Shown piece by piece: positions 1-8,475 of a stretch of 64,000 bases of DNA (position 1 is the stretch's first letter; the number at the start of each line of letters is the position of its first letter). Source of the DNA: an uncultured Acidobacteriota bacterium. GTDB taxonomy: Bacteria > Acidobacteriota > Vicinamibacteria > Vicinamibacterales > UBA2999. The stretch is taken from NCBI GenBank assembly GCA_902826065.1, contig CADEDM010000002.1:2829-66828 (forward strand), read 5' to 3'. The position numbers and the translations under genes were made by a program. Below the pieces are notes generated by a model that saw only the letters and a list, made by a program, of their open reading frames with translations, ran no database searches and was not told the origin of the DNA.

Positions 1-1169
1 AACTCCCGTCCCGACCGCAGGCACGAGATGCGCCCGTCACGGATGCGCGTCAAGCCCCCGTCACCCCCGGACCATACGCTTCCGTCGCGGGTGGCGAGCA
101 CCGAGGCGGCCTCCGGAGAGCACAACCCTTCTCTCGTCGATACACTGACGACCGCGCTCTCACTGAGTCGATCGACGCCTTCCGGCGTGGCGACCCAGAT
201 GTTGCCCTCGCGGTCCCCGGTGACGTCTGCGACGAAGTCGCTGGAGAGGCCATCGGCGTAGCCGAAGTGGTCGACGGCGTCGCCCCTGATCCGATACAGG
301 CCGCGATCGGTCGTGCCGACCCACAACGAGTCGTCCCGGTCGACGTACAGGGCACTGATGGCGATGGAGCTGAAGTCGAGCAGGGACGTCCGCACGGCCT
401 CGAGGCGTCCGTCGACCATTCGCTGCAGCCCCAGATCGGGGCCCGCCTTGGCGGTGCCCACCCACAGCGTGCCGTCAGATCCTTCGGCGAGCGCCGTGAT
501 GCCGCCGATGCCCCCGTTGTTCTCGAGGCCGGCCGGCCGGTAGGCGGTGAACGAGTTGTTCGACCAGCGCACGAGCGCGGTGTCGCCGCCAATCCATACG
601 GTGCCGCGGCGGTCTTCGAGCATCGCCTGGAGGGCGCCCAACGGCGGCATGCCGTCGGCGGTTCCGAGGCAGCGCGGCTCGGGTTCCTTCCATTGGCACA
701 GCACGGTCCCGGCGCTGTCGGGGAAGCGCCGGCCGAACCAGAGCGTGCCGTGTCGGTCCTCCAGCATCCTGGCGACGCCACCGGACCCGGTGGCGTGGTT
801 GGTGACGTGATTGCCCTTCACGCGACTCATCCCGCCGAGCGTGGCGACCCACAGACTGCCGTCGCGTGCCGCCAGCAGTTGCATCACTTCAGCCGTCGGC
901 AGCTCCACGTCCTCGCCGGCGGTCCAGGGCACGAACCGCACGCCATCGAACCGCAGCAGGCCCGAGTCGGTGCCCACCCAGAGGTAGCCGTCCGCTGTCT
1001 GGACGAACGTGTAGGGACTGCCTCGGAAGAACCCGTCTCGAGCGCGCCAGGCGGCGTGCGCATACTGCGAGATCGATCGCGACGGGTCGAGCGCCCAGGC
1101 GTGCACCGGCAGGACGCACGACAGCGCGAGGGCGATCGACAGCGTTCTCAGCAGGTGCGGGGCAGGCAC
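1..1169 (-). CDS. Sensor protein with two-component-regulator beta-propeller repeats, N-terminal part (the 3' end runs off the left window edge)
   Basis: Not in the ORF track because it has no stop codon inside the window. Hand translation of the minus frame from GTG at 1169 gives VPAPHLLRTLSIALALSCVLPVHAWALDPSRSISQYAHAAWRARDGFFRGSPYTFVQTADGYLWVGTDSGLLRFDGVRFVPWTAG... and stays open to position 3. The N-terminus looks like a signal peptide. The repeats match the 58239-61292 kinase (DGYLWVGSDGGLQRFDGVRFTPW). An in-frame TAG lies just upstream of the GTG. Confidence 0.75.
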   Translation of the reverse strand, partial: MPAPHLLRTLSIALALSCVLPVHAWALDPSRSISQYAHAAWRARDGFFRGSPYTFVQTADGYLWVGTDSGLLRFDGVRFVPWTAGEDVELPTAEVMQLLAARDGSLWVATLGGMSRVKGNHVTNHATGSGGVARMLEDRHGTLWFGRRFPDSAGTVLCQWKEPEPRCLGTADGMPPLGALQAMLEDRRGTVWIGGDTALVRWSNNSFTAYRPAGLENNGGIGGITALAEGSDGTLWVGTAKAGPDLGLQRMVDGRLEAVRTSLLDFSSIAISALYVDRDDSLWVGTTDRGLYRIRGDAVDHFGYADGLSSDFVADVTGDREGNIWVATPEGVDRLSESAVVSVSTREGLCSPEAASVLATRDGSVWSGGDGGLTRIRDGRISCLRSGRE

Positions 1170-1342
1170 GCCGCCACACTACACCGGCCAGCCTGGATCC
1201 CACCCCGGGATTGCCGCGGGTCGCGTGCTGTAGTTTTCTGCAGGGCGCGAGCCGATCGTCGCGCTGAGTGCCCTCGCGGACGACCGGGTGATCCTCCGCG
1301 TTCATGATGCGGATCGGCGCAAGCGGGGCCGACGCGTCCCGT

Positions 1343-2062
1343 TCAATGCGTGGTCAGGGCCCGCACGCCGAGCCGTGTCGCCATCGTCACGAGATCGGGC
1401 AGCGAGTAGGCACTCATCTTGCGCATCACCTGTCCGCGATGCGCCTTCACCGTGATCTCGCTGATGCCCAGCTCGCCGGCGACCTGCTTGTTCAACAGGC
1501 CCGACACCACCAGCGCCATGACCTCGCGTTCACGGCGGGTCAGCGACGCCAGGCGCGCACGCAGCACGTCGAGCTCGGACGTCTCCTTCAGGACCATGCG
1601 GCTGCGCTCGAGGCCGGTGCGAATCGACGCGATCAGCTCGTCGCCGGCCGCGGGCTTGACGAAGAAGTCGAGCGCGCCGGCCTTCATCGCCTGCACCGAC
1701 GTGGCGACGTCGCGGCACGCCGTGTTGAAGATGACGGGGAGTTCGCCGTGTGCCGCGAGCTGGCGCTGCAATTCGAGGCCGTCGATCTCCGGCATCTCGA
1801 CGTCGAGCACCACACAGGCGGGGCCGGCCGGCTGTGACCGCGCGAGAAAGCTGACGGCTGACGCGTATGTCTCGACGCGCCACCCTTCGGCCTCCGCCAG
1901 GCTGCGCAGGGCCTCGCGTTGCCTGTGGTCGGCGTCGACGACGAAGACCACAGGACTCGCGGCCGGCAGAGACCGTTCGCCCTTGAGCGACGGCGGTGTG
2001 TGCCCACCGGACGGAATCGGGCGGACCGTGGATGGCGCATAGGTTTCAGTATTCATGCGCAC
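1343..2062 (-). CDS. FixJ/NarL-family response regulator (REC + LuxR-type HTH)
   Basis: REC motifs VVFVVDAD, VVLDVEMPEIDG and ALDFFVKP. C-terminal HTH LTRREREVMALVVSGLLNKQVAGELGISEITVKAHRGQVMRKM. The codon at 2062 is GTG, and an in-frame ATG at 2056 is an equally plausible start. Confidence 0.9.
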   Translation of the reverse strand: MRMNTETYAPSTVRPIPSGGHTPPSLKGERSLPAASPVVFVVDADHRQREALRSLAEAEGWRVETYASAVSFLARSQPAGPACVVLDVEMPEIDGLELQRQLAAHGELPVIFNTACRDVATSVQAMKAGALDFFVKPAAGDELIASIRTGLERSRMVLKETSELDVLRARLASLTRREREVMALVVSGLLNKQVAGELGISEITVKAHRGQVMRKMSAYSLPDLVTMATRLGVRALTTH

Positions 2063-2237
2063 ACCCTACCGGGGGCGTGCGCCGCGACACATACCCGAAA
2101 CTGTGGACGTCGACCTGTGATTTTCGACAGGGCGGAGGCTCGTCGTCCGGCTCATCCTTACGCACGACCTCGCTGCCGGGGCCCCGACGAAGGTGCAATG
2201 GACGGATCGCCTTGAAGGGCGCATCGTGGCTGGTGCC

Positions 2238-2483
2238 ATGGACCTCCTCATCGAGATCGTCGGCTGGCTGGGCGCGTCCGCCGTGTTGTCGTCGTACGCG
2301 CTGTTGAGCGCGCGCCGGATGAGCAGCCAATCGAGCGCATATCAACTGCTCAACGTCGTGGGTGCCGTCGGACTGCTGCTCAACGCCGCCTGGAACGGCG
2401 CGGTGCCGTCCGCCGCCGTCAACGTGCTCTGGCTGGGAATCGGCGTCCACGCCCTGTGGCGCGATGCACGCGGGATCGCGTAG
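2238..2483 (+). CDS. Small integral membrane protein (about 81 aa, 2-3 predicted TM helices)
   Basis: Track ORF 2193-2483. I moved the start to ATG 2238 (MDLLIEIVGWLGASAVLSSYALL...). The sequence is hydrophobic and helix-like, with GC3-rich codons. The function call is weak. Confidence 0.55.
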   Translation: MDLLIEIVGWLGASAVLSSYALLSARRMSSQSSAYQLLNVVGAVGLLLNAAWNGAVPSAAVNVLWLGIGVHALWRDARGIA

Positions 2484-2598
2484 GCCTGGCGGCACTGCGC
2501 GGATCAGATGTTCACGAGCAGCGACGATAGCTGGGCGGCGCTGGCCCTGGGAAGCACGTCATCGCACGGGGTGGGAACGAGGGAGTTCTCCAATGCGT

Positions 2599-3978
2599 TC
2601 ACTCCGGCTGGCCGGCGCTACGGAGCGGAAGCGTGACGGCGAAGGTCGTGGCCCCTGGCGCGCTGCGCTCGAGCACCAACGTGCCCCCGTGCGCTTCGGC
2701 GACCCAGCGGGCGATCGGCAAGCCGAGTCCGGCGCCCTGGGAGTCTCCAAAGCGCGCGAACCGTTCGAAGATCCGATCGTGGTGTTCGGCGGCAATGCCA
2801 TCGCCGTCGTTGGTGACGCGCAGCAGGGCGACGTCGGACGTCCGCTCCAGCCGAGCGACCACCTGGCCACCGGTGGCGGCGTGCCGGATGGCATTGTCGA
2901 GAAGGTTGCTCACCATGCGGTGCAGGAGCGCGCTGTCGCCGGCAAGGCCGACCTCGTCGGCGCCGGATGTGACGACCGACACGGCTCGCTGCTCGGCGAG
3001 CACGCGGAGCGAACGCGCGGACTCCGCGAGGAGATCGTCGAGGTTCAGGAACTCCGGGCGCAGCGGGACACCGCGGGCTTCGGCGCGCGACAGCAGGAAC
3101 ATCGCATCGACGAGGCGTGAGAGGCGGTGGGCCTGCTCGCCGATGATGCCGAGTGACTCGCGATACTCCTCGTTGGTTCGGACATCCTGCGACAGCGTGA
3201 CCTGGGTGGCCGTGCGCACCACGGAGACCGGCGTGCGGAGCTCGTGCGACGCGTCGGCCATGAACTGGCGCTGGAAGTTGAGCGCCGCCGCCAGGCGTTC
3301 CAGGAGTTCATTGAAGGACGTCGCCAGGTCCCCCAGTTCGTCGTTGACGGGTGGAGCGCTCAGGCGCTCGGTCGGGTTGCGCTCGTTGATGCCGCGGGCC
3401 TGGACGGCCATGCGCGTCAGCGGGCGAAGTGTTTGACGGGCGATGAACCAGCCCCCGACGGCCGCCACCAGCAGCGCGACCAGGATTCCGAGGGCGGTGG
3501 CACGGACCGTCTCCGCGTGTTGCGCCTGCAGCGCGCCCAACGGTGCGATGACCGCCGCGACATACGCGTGTCCCGCGTGCTCGACGAAATCGCTGAGGAT
3601 GCGGGCGTCGTCGCCCGAGGGCAGCGTCACCGTGTGATTGACGGCCGTGGCGCCGAATGACGGGACCGACTCGGCGGGCATGGGCAGGCCCCACACCCTG
3701 AGGATCGTCCCGTTCGCGCGTCTGAGCACCATCGTGCGATCGGGAACGACGACCTCGATACTGGCCTCTGCCGCGGCAGCCTCGAGCGACAGACCTTCAC
3801 TGAACTCGTTGCGCATCACCCCCTGCAGGGTCGCCATCGAGCGCACCAGGTCGTCGTCGAGCCGGTTCATGGCCAGCTCGAACTGCACGAGCGCACCCAC
3901 GACGCCGCCCGTCGCGAGGACGGCCACGACGACGCTCGTGTACCACAGCGTCAGGCGGGCGCGAATCGGCAGGGTCAT
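2599..3978 (-). CDS. Sensor histidine kinase (TM-HAMP-HisKA-HATPase), CusS/heavy-metal-sensor-like
   Basis: H box FMADASHELRTPVSV, N box NLLDNAIRH, G boxes NDGDGI and GAGLGLPIA. The start is set to ATG 3978 (MTLPIRARLTLWYTSVVVAVL), which overlaps the stop of the upstream regulator by 4 nt (ATGA). The 52 codons upstream in the track ORF are Arg/His-rich. Confidence 0.9.
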   Translation of the reverse strand: MTLPIRARLTLWYTSVVVAVLATGGVVGALVQFELAMNRLDDDLVRSMATLQGVMRNEFSEGLSLEAAAAEASIEVVVPDRTMVLRRANGTILRVWGLPMPAESVPSFGATAVNHTVTLPSGDDARILSDFVEHAGHAYVAAVIAPLGALQAQHAETVRATALGILVALLVAAVGGWFIARQTLRPLTRMAVQARGINERNPTERLSAPPVNDELGDLATSFNELLERLAAALNFQRQFMADASHELRTPVSVVRTATQVTLSQDVRTNEEYRESLGIIGEQAHRLSRLVDAMFLLSRAEARGVPLRPEFLNLDDLLAESARSLRVLAEQRAVSVVTSGADEVGLAGDSALLHRMVSNLLDNAIRHAATGGQVVARLERTSDVALLRVTNDGDGIAAEHHDRIFERFARFGDSQGAGLGLPIARWVAEAHGGTLVLERSAPGATTFAVTLPLRSAGQPE

Positions 3979-4670
3979 CGCGCCGACAGCGCCGATGCGG
4001 GCGCCGTGAACATGTAGCCCTCGCCCCGCCGGGTGGCAATCAACGACGGGCCAGCGGCCGCGTCGATCTTGCGACGCAGCCGTTGAATCATGACGTCGAT
4101 CGTGTTCGACATCGCCTCGAAGGGGGAGTCCCACACGTGCTCTGCGATCGCTGCGCGACCGACCACCTCTCCGGCGTGCAGCACGAGGAACTCGAGCAGC
4201 GCGAACTCCCGCGACGTCAGCCGCAGCGCCTGGCCGTCGCGAAGGACCTGCCGTGCCCGCAGGTCGACGTGCAGGCCCCCGGCGGCCACCGTCGCCGGCG
4301 TCAGGGGCAACCGTCCCCGTCGGATCAGCGCCCGCAGGCGCGCCAAGAGCTCGCCGAAATCGAACGGCTTGGTCAGGTAGTCATCGGCCCCGCTGTCGAG
4401 ACCGGAGATACGCGACTCGACGGCATCCCGGGCGGTCAGCATCAGGATCGGAACATGCGCGCCGCTCTGCCGAATCTCGCGACAGACCTCGAACCCGTCG
4501 GGTCCGGGCATCGTGACGTCCAGCACGATGGCGTCGTAGTCGGTGAGCGAGGCCTGATACAGCGCATCATGGCCGTTCCTCACCACGTCCACCGCGTACG
4601 CCTGCTCGCGAAGTCCCTTCGAGAGCAGTTGGGCGGCCCGAATCTCATCCTCAGCCAGCAGTATCCGCAT
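3975..4670 (-). CDS. OmpR/PhoB-family response regulator (CusR/CopR-like)
   Basis: MRILLAEDE, AIVLDVTMPGPDG, PILMLTARD and DDYLTKPF form the receiver. The winged-helix output contains LTSREFALLEFLVLHAG and IATRRGEGYMF. Confidence 0.93.
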   Translation of the reverse strand: MRILLAEDEIRAAQLLSKGLREQAYAVDVVRNGHDALYQASLTDYDAIVLDVTMPGPDGFEVCREIRQSGAHVPILMLTARDAVESRISGLDSGADDYLTKPFDFGELLARLRALIRRGRLPLTPATVAAGGLHVDLRARQVLRDGQALRLTSREFALLEFLVLHAGEVVGRAAIAEHVWDSPFEAMSNTIDVMIQRLRRKIDAAAGPSLIATRRGEGYMFTAPASALSAR

Positions 4671-4712
4671 CGATCCCTCGGGCTCCGTCCATCGTAGTGG
4701 ATTGAACTGGCC

Positions 4713-5618
4713 CTATGCGTCACCCGTGACGTAACCCGCGAACTCGCCGACACTCCACGCACTCAGCAGCAGCAGCGTCACCGGGGCGGCCACGACGAAA
4801 TCCAGGAGCATCGAGGCCGTCGGCCAGGGCCGGCGCGCCTGCCGAGAGAACAGGAGCAGCGGCAGGAGCGGCGTGCCTGCGGCGAAGCCGATCCGCCTGG
4901 CCAGGCTGACTTCGACGGTCCGCGTGTAGGCGAACAGGCGCCCCCACGCGAAACGCTCCGCGAGCAGGCGCGGCAGGGTCAGCCCATCGCGCACCTGGTT
5001 GACGACCGGTTGATCGGACAGGTAGAGGCGCTCGCCGGCACGCGACAGCGCCCAGTGCACGGTCGTCTCGTGATACTGCTCGAGCCACAGGCTGGTGGTG
5101 AGGTCGAGGGCCGCCCGCTTGTAGCAGACGTTCACGTCAGAGAGATAGGTGCGAAGCCCGGGCTCGAAGGGCCGCCCATACCGAAGAAAGTCGCAGTAGT
5201 AGACGGCCCGGTTGAGCAGCGCGTGCTGACCGTTGTCGACCGCGCCGCCGATGACGGCATACGGCAGCCGCTCGTGCTGCTCGACGAGATGCGTCGACCA
5301 ATCGGGCCGAGGCACGCCTCGGTCTTCGACGAGGGCGATGAGCGCGCCCGTCGCCCGGGCCAGGCCGGCACTCCGGCGGCGATCGATCAGCTCGTGCTGG
5401 CCGGCGTTCGTGTCGGCTGGCCGCCGCGTGCGGACGGCACCCATCGGCAGGAACACCACGCCGGGAAAGTCGTGGGCCAGCCGAGGGATGCCCGTGACCG
5501 TCTCGTCATAGGGCACGATGACCTCGGCGGGCGCCGTTGGACGCTGCGTCGTCAGGGCGTCCAGCGTCCGCCGAAGGGCCGCGCCGCCATCCACGACGGT
5601 GACAACGACCGACAGCAC
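4713..5618 (-). CDS. Family 2 glycosyltransferase with C-terminal membrane segment
   Basis: GTG start. The N-terminus LSVVVTVVDGGAALRRTLDALTTQ is typical of the GT2 fold, with an acidic VED motif (ALVEDRG). The C-terminal stretch is hydrophobic (PLLPLLLFS...VVAAPVTLLLLSAW). Confidence 0.82.
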   Translation of the reverse strand: MLSVVVTVVDGGAALRRTLDALTTQRPTAPAEVIVPYDETVTGIPRLAHDFPGVVFLPMGAVRTRRPADTNAGQHELIDRRRSAGLARATGALIALVEDRGVPRPDWSTHLVEQHERLPYAVIGGAVDNGQHALLNRAVYYCDFLRYGRPFEPGLRTYLSDVNVCYKRAALDLTTSLWLEQYHETTVHWALSRAGERLYLSDQPVVNQVRDGLTLPRLLAERFAWGRLFAYTRTVEVSLARRIGFAAGTPLLPLLLFSRQARRPWPTASMLLDFVVAAPVTLLLLSAWSVGEFAGYVTGDA

Positions 5619-5956
5619 TACGCCGACCCGAGACGATGGCGTGCGACCGCTCGCAACTCGTCGGACGGCGATTGGAATCGCGGGTGTCGGGCAGCCGCAC
5701 CGACGGTCGCGGTGCCGCGCGAGCCTGACAGAGGCGGGGGGCTGGATTCCCCCGCAGTGGGCCGATCAGCGTCTCCGGGGCGCAGGGTGAACACCGCGCC
5801 AGAGCCTAGCGAGTGGTGAATGAACGGCTGATGACAGCGCCGCGGGACGACCGGCTGGCTCCGGCGTCCTCAGACCAGGCATGACGCGTGGTCGTGCCGC
5901 GTCTCGCGTCCGTGCGTCATCGGCCGTTCATCAGACGCGCGCGATCATGCGAGGCG

Positions 5957-7282
5957 ATGCGCGTGGTGTGGAGTCTCGTCGCCGTCACCTGCTGGAGCAC
6001 GGCCTGCGCGTCCACCGGCACGACGGCCGTGACCGACACGGCCGAGAATCTGCGAGCGCGGATCGGCGTGGACAATCGCATCGGGGCCACGGGCCCAGCG
6101 CCAGCAGCCGTCGGTGTGACGCTGAGCGACGGCTTGTCTCGCGACGAAGCGGTGGCGCTTGCGCTCTGGAACAACCCGGGCTTTCAGGCGGCGACTCAGC
6201 AACTGGGATTCGCACGCGCGGATCTCGTCGAGGCCGGCCTGCTGACGAATCCGACCTTGGCGCTGCTCTTTCCGGTCGGCCCCAAGCAACTGGAGGCAAC
6301 GCTGCGATGGCCGGTCGAAGTGCTGTGGGAGCGGCCACGGCGGGTGGCCGCCGCACGCATCGCGCTGGCCGTCGTCGCGCAGAACCTCGTGCAGAGTGGC
6401 CTCGACCTCGCGCTGGCCGTGCGGATTGGCTTCGTCGATCTGACCCTCGTCAGCGATCGCCTCGTGCTGGCGCGTGAATCGGCCGCGGCGCTGGGGCGAA
6501 TCTCGTCACTGAGCGAGACGCGTCTGCGCGCCGGTGATGTGGCCGAACTGGACGCCCGCGCAGCGCGCGTCGATGCGACCCGCAGTGCCCAGGACGCCGA
6601 CCGGCTGATGCAGGACGTCGTCGTTGCGAGAGAGCGCCTGCGCCTGCTGATCGGGCTTGCTGCCGACGACCCTGCCGTGTCGACCCTCGAGCGGACGGCG
6701 GCCCCGTCGCCCTCGTGCGGTCCCGACGGCACCCTGCTCGAACGCGGCCTGGCGGCGCGTCCCGATGTCCGAGCCGCAGAGCTCGCGATCGAGGGTGCCG
6801 CGGCCCGCCTGGGATGGGAGCGACGGCGCATTCTGCAGTTGACCGCCGTCCTCGACGCCAACGGCCAGGGCACGCAGGGCTTCGAGAGCGGGCCGGGCGT
6901 CGACGCCGTGCTCCCGCTCTTCAACCGCAACCAGGGAGGGCGGCTGCGCGGCGAGACCGAGCTGCTGCGCGCGTCGGCCGCGTACGTCGCGGTGCAGCGC
7001 CAGGTGGCATTCGACGTGCGCGAGGCCGCCGCGCAGCTGGCTCAAGCGACGCAATCGAACGCGGTGTGGGCCCGTGACATCGTCGCCCCGCTGGAGGCGA
7101 ACCTTGCCGATGCCGAGGCGTCCTATGTCGCCGGAGACACCTCGTATCTCTTCGTGCTCGAGAACACCCGCCGGCTCATCGACGCGCGGGTCCGGGCGCG
7201 TGAGATCCAGGCGGATGCCGAGCGGGCGACCGCGAGGCTGGAGCGAGCCGTCGGGACGAACTGCCGAGGGAGTGTGCCGTGA
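5957..7282 (+). CDS. czcC: TolC-family outer-membrane efflux protein (CzcC-like)
   Basis: LSRDEAVALALWNNPGFQAATQQLGFARADLVEAGLLTNPTL is a typical OEP/CzcC repeat. The start is set to ATG 5957 (MRVVWSLVAVTCWSTAC, lipoprotein-like). It is the first gene of a three-gene RND operon. Confidence 0.85.
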   Translation: MRVVWSLVAVTCWSTACASTGTTAVTDTAENLRARIGVDNRIGATGPAPAAVGVTLSDGLSRDEAVALALWNNPGFQAATQQLGFARADLVEAGLLTNPTLALLFPVGPKQLEATLRWPVEVLWERPRRVAAARIALAVVAQNLVQSGLDLALAVRIGFVDLTLVSDRLVLARESAAALGRISSLSETRLRAGDVAELDARAARVDATRSAQDADRLMQDVVVARERLRLLIGLAADDPAVSTLERTAAPSPSCGPDGTLLERGLAARPDVRAAELAIEGAAARLGWERRRILQLTAVLDANGQGTQGFESGPGVDAVLPLFNRNQGGRLRGETELLRASAAYVAVQRQVAFDVREAAAQLAQATQSNAVWARDIVAPLEANLADAEASYVAGDTSYLFVLENTRRLIDARVRAREIQADAERATARLERAVGTNCRGSVP

Positions 7283-8457
7283 TGCGCCGAAGATTGACTG
7301 CCTGTCTGGTCGGCCTGCTCCTGACGAGTTGCAGCAGCTCGACACCCGCCCCGTCTTCGGCGGCTCCGGCGGCCAAGGTGTCTGCGGCCGTTCCCGAGTC
7401 TGCCCTGGCGACCGTGGTTCTTTCAGAAGAGGCTCAGCGCCGGCTCGACATCCAGACCGCTCCGGTCGAGCGGCGGACCGTCGCGAGCCACCGCACGCTG
7501 GGAGGCGACGTCGTCCCCGAGGGCGGGGCGGTGACGACCGTGACGGCGCCCTTTGCAGGAACGATTGCGACGGACGCGCCGCCGCCGCGAGTCGGCGCCG
7601 AGGTCGGCGCCGGAGGGACGGTGCTGGCGCTGACCCCTTTTGCGCCGGCTGATCGGGACGTCCGCATCGAAGCGGAGCGCGCAGTGGCCGAAGCGGCCGG
7701 ACGCCACGAGATGACGCAAAAGCGGGTGGCACGTGCGACGCAACTCGTCGCCGACGGCTCTGGAAGCCGTCGCGCCGTCGAAGAGGCCGAAGCGGAGCTG
7801 GTCGTGGCAGGGGCGGCGCTCCAGGCGGCGCGCGACCGCCTGACGCTTGCGGCCAGTGGCGTCACGGCGTCCGGCGCCGTCGTCCTGTCGGCCCCGCATG
7901 CGTCCATCCTGCGCGCCTTGTACGCCGTGCCCGGCCAGGTCGTCGCTGCCGGCACGCCGTTGTTCGATCTGGTGCGCCTCGACACGGTCTGGCTTCGGGT
8001 GCCGGTCTACGCCGGCGACCTCGCCGCGCTGGATGGGCGTGCCGCTGTCGATGTCTGGCCGCTCGGCGCCACCGTGCGCGACACGCCCGTGGCGTCGGCC
8101 AACCCGGTCACGGCACCGCCGGTCGCGGACCCGGTGACCGCGGGTGTCGATCTCTTCTACCGCATCTCCAATGCCGGCCGGTCGCTTCGCCCGGGTCAGC
8201 GTGTCAGCGTGCGCGTGCCGTTGCGGGCGCATGGAGAGCACCTGGTCGTGCCGGTGGCCGCGATCCTGATGGACGCGATGGGCGGCACCTGGGTCTACGA
8301 AGCCAGGCCCGGCGGACAGTTCGTCCGCCAACGTGTCGCCGTCCTCGAGCACGCTGACGAGTTCGCACTGCTGCAGCAGGGGCCGCCGATCGGCACGCGC
8401 GTCGTGACCGTGGGCGCCGCCGAGCTGTTTGGCACTGAGTTCGGTGTCGGGAAGTAG
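7282..8457 (+). CDS. czcB: RND efflux periplasmic adaptor (membrane fusion protein, CzcB/CusB-like)
   Basis: Lipoprotein signal MRRRLTACLVGLLLTSCSSS, followed by a coiled-coil hairpin region and a beta-barrel C-terminus. ATG 7282 overlaps the czcC stop (TGATG). GTG 7279 is an alternative start. Confidence 0.88.
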   Translation: MRRRLTACLVGLLLTSCSSSTPAPSSAAPAAKVSAAVPESALATVVLSEEAQRRLDIQTAPVERRTVASHRTLGGDVVPEGGAVTTVTAPFAGTIATDAPPPRVGAEVGAGGTVLALTPFAPADRDVRIEAERAVAEAAGRHEMTQKRVARATQLVADGSGSRRAVEEAEAELVVAGAALQAARDRLTLAASGVTASGAVVLSAPHASILRALYAVPGQVVAAGTPLFDLVRLDTVWLRVPVYAGDLAALDGRAAVDVWPLGATVRDTPVASANPVTAPPVADPVTAGVDLFYRISNAGRSLRPGQRVSVRVPLRAHGEHLVVPVAAILMDAMGGTWVYEARPGGQFVRQRVAVLEHADEFALLQQGPPIGTRVVTVGAAELFGTEFGVGK

Positions 8458-8475
8458 ACGAGGCGGCCCCCACGC

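Noticed and set aside
267-1307. 346-aa plus-strand ORF, together with the 50-781 and 889-1305 minus-strand ORFs, covering the first 1.3 kb
   Set aside because: The translations are low-complexity and Arg/Pro/Gly/Ala-rich with no recognisable motifs. A third minus-strand frame gives a clean propeller-repeat protein, so these are shadow ORFs typical of GC-rich DNA.
2090-2135. ATACCCgaaactGTGGAC, considered as a sixth copy of the ATACCC dyad, and the CCTGT-N8-ACAGG inverted repeat nearby
   Set aside because: Only one half-site matches, and there is no -10-like hexamer at the 22-nt spacing seen at the five accepted sites. The 5-bp inverted repeat is too short to be meaningful on its own.
5619-5956. 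Possible NiCo (czcD-type) or other known riboswitch upstream of the czc operon
   Set aside because: I could not recognise the conserved cores of any riboswitch class I know. Only a generic long-range stem is supportable, and it is reported as such.
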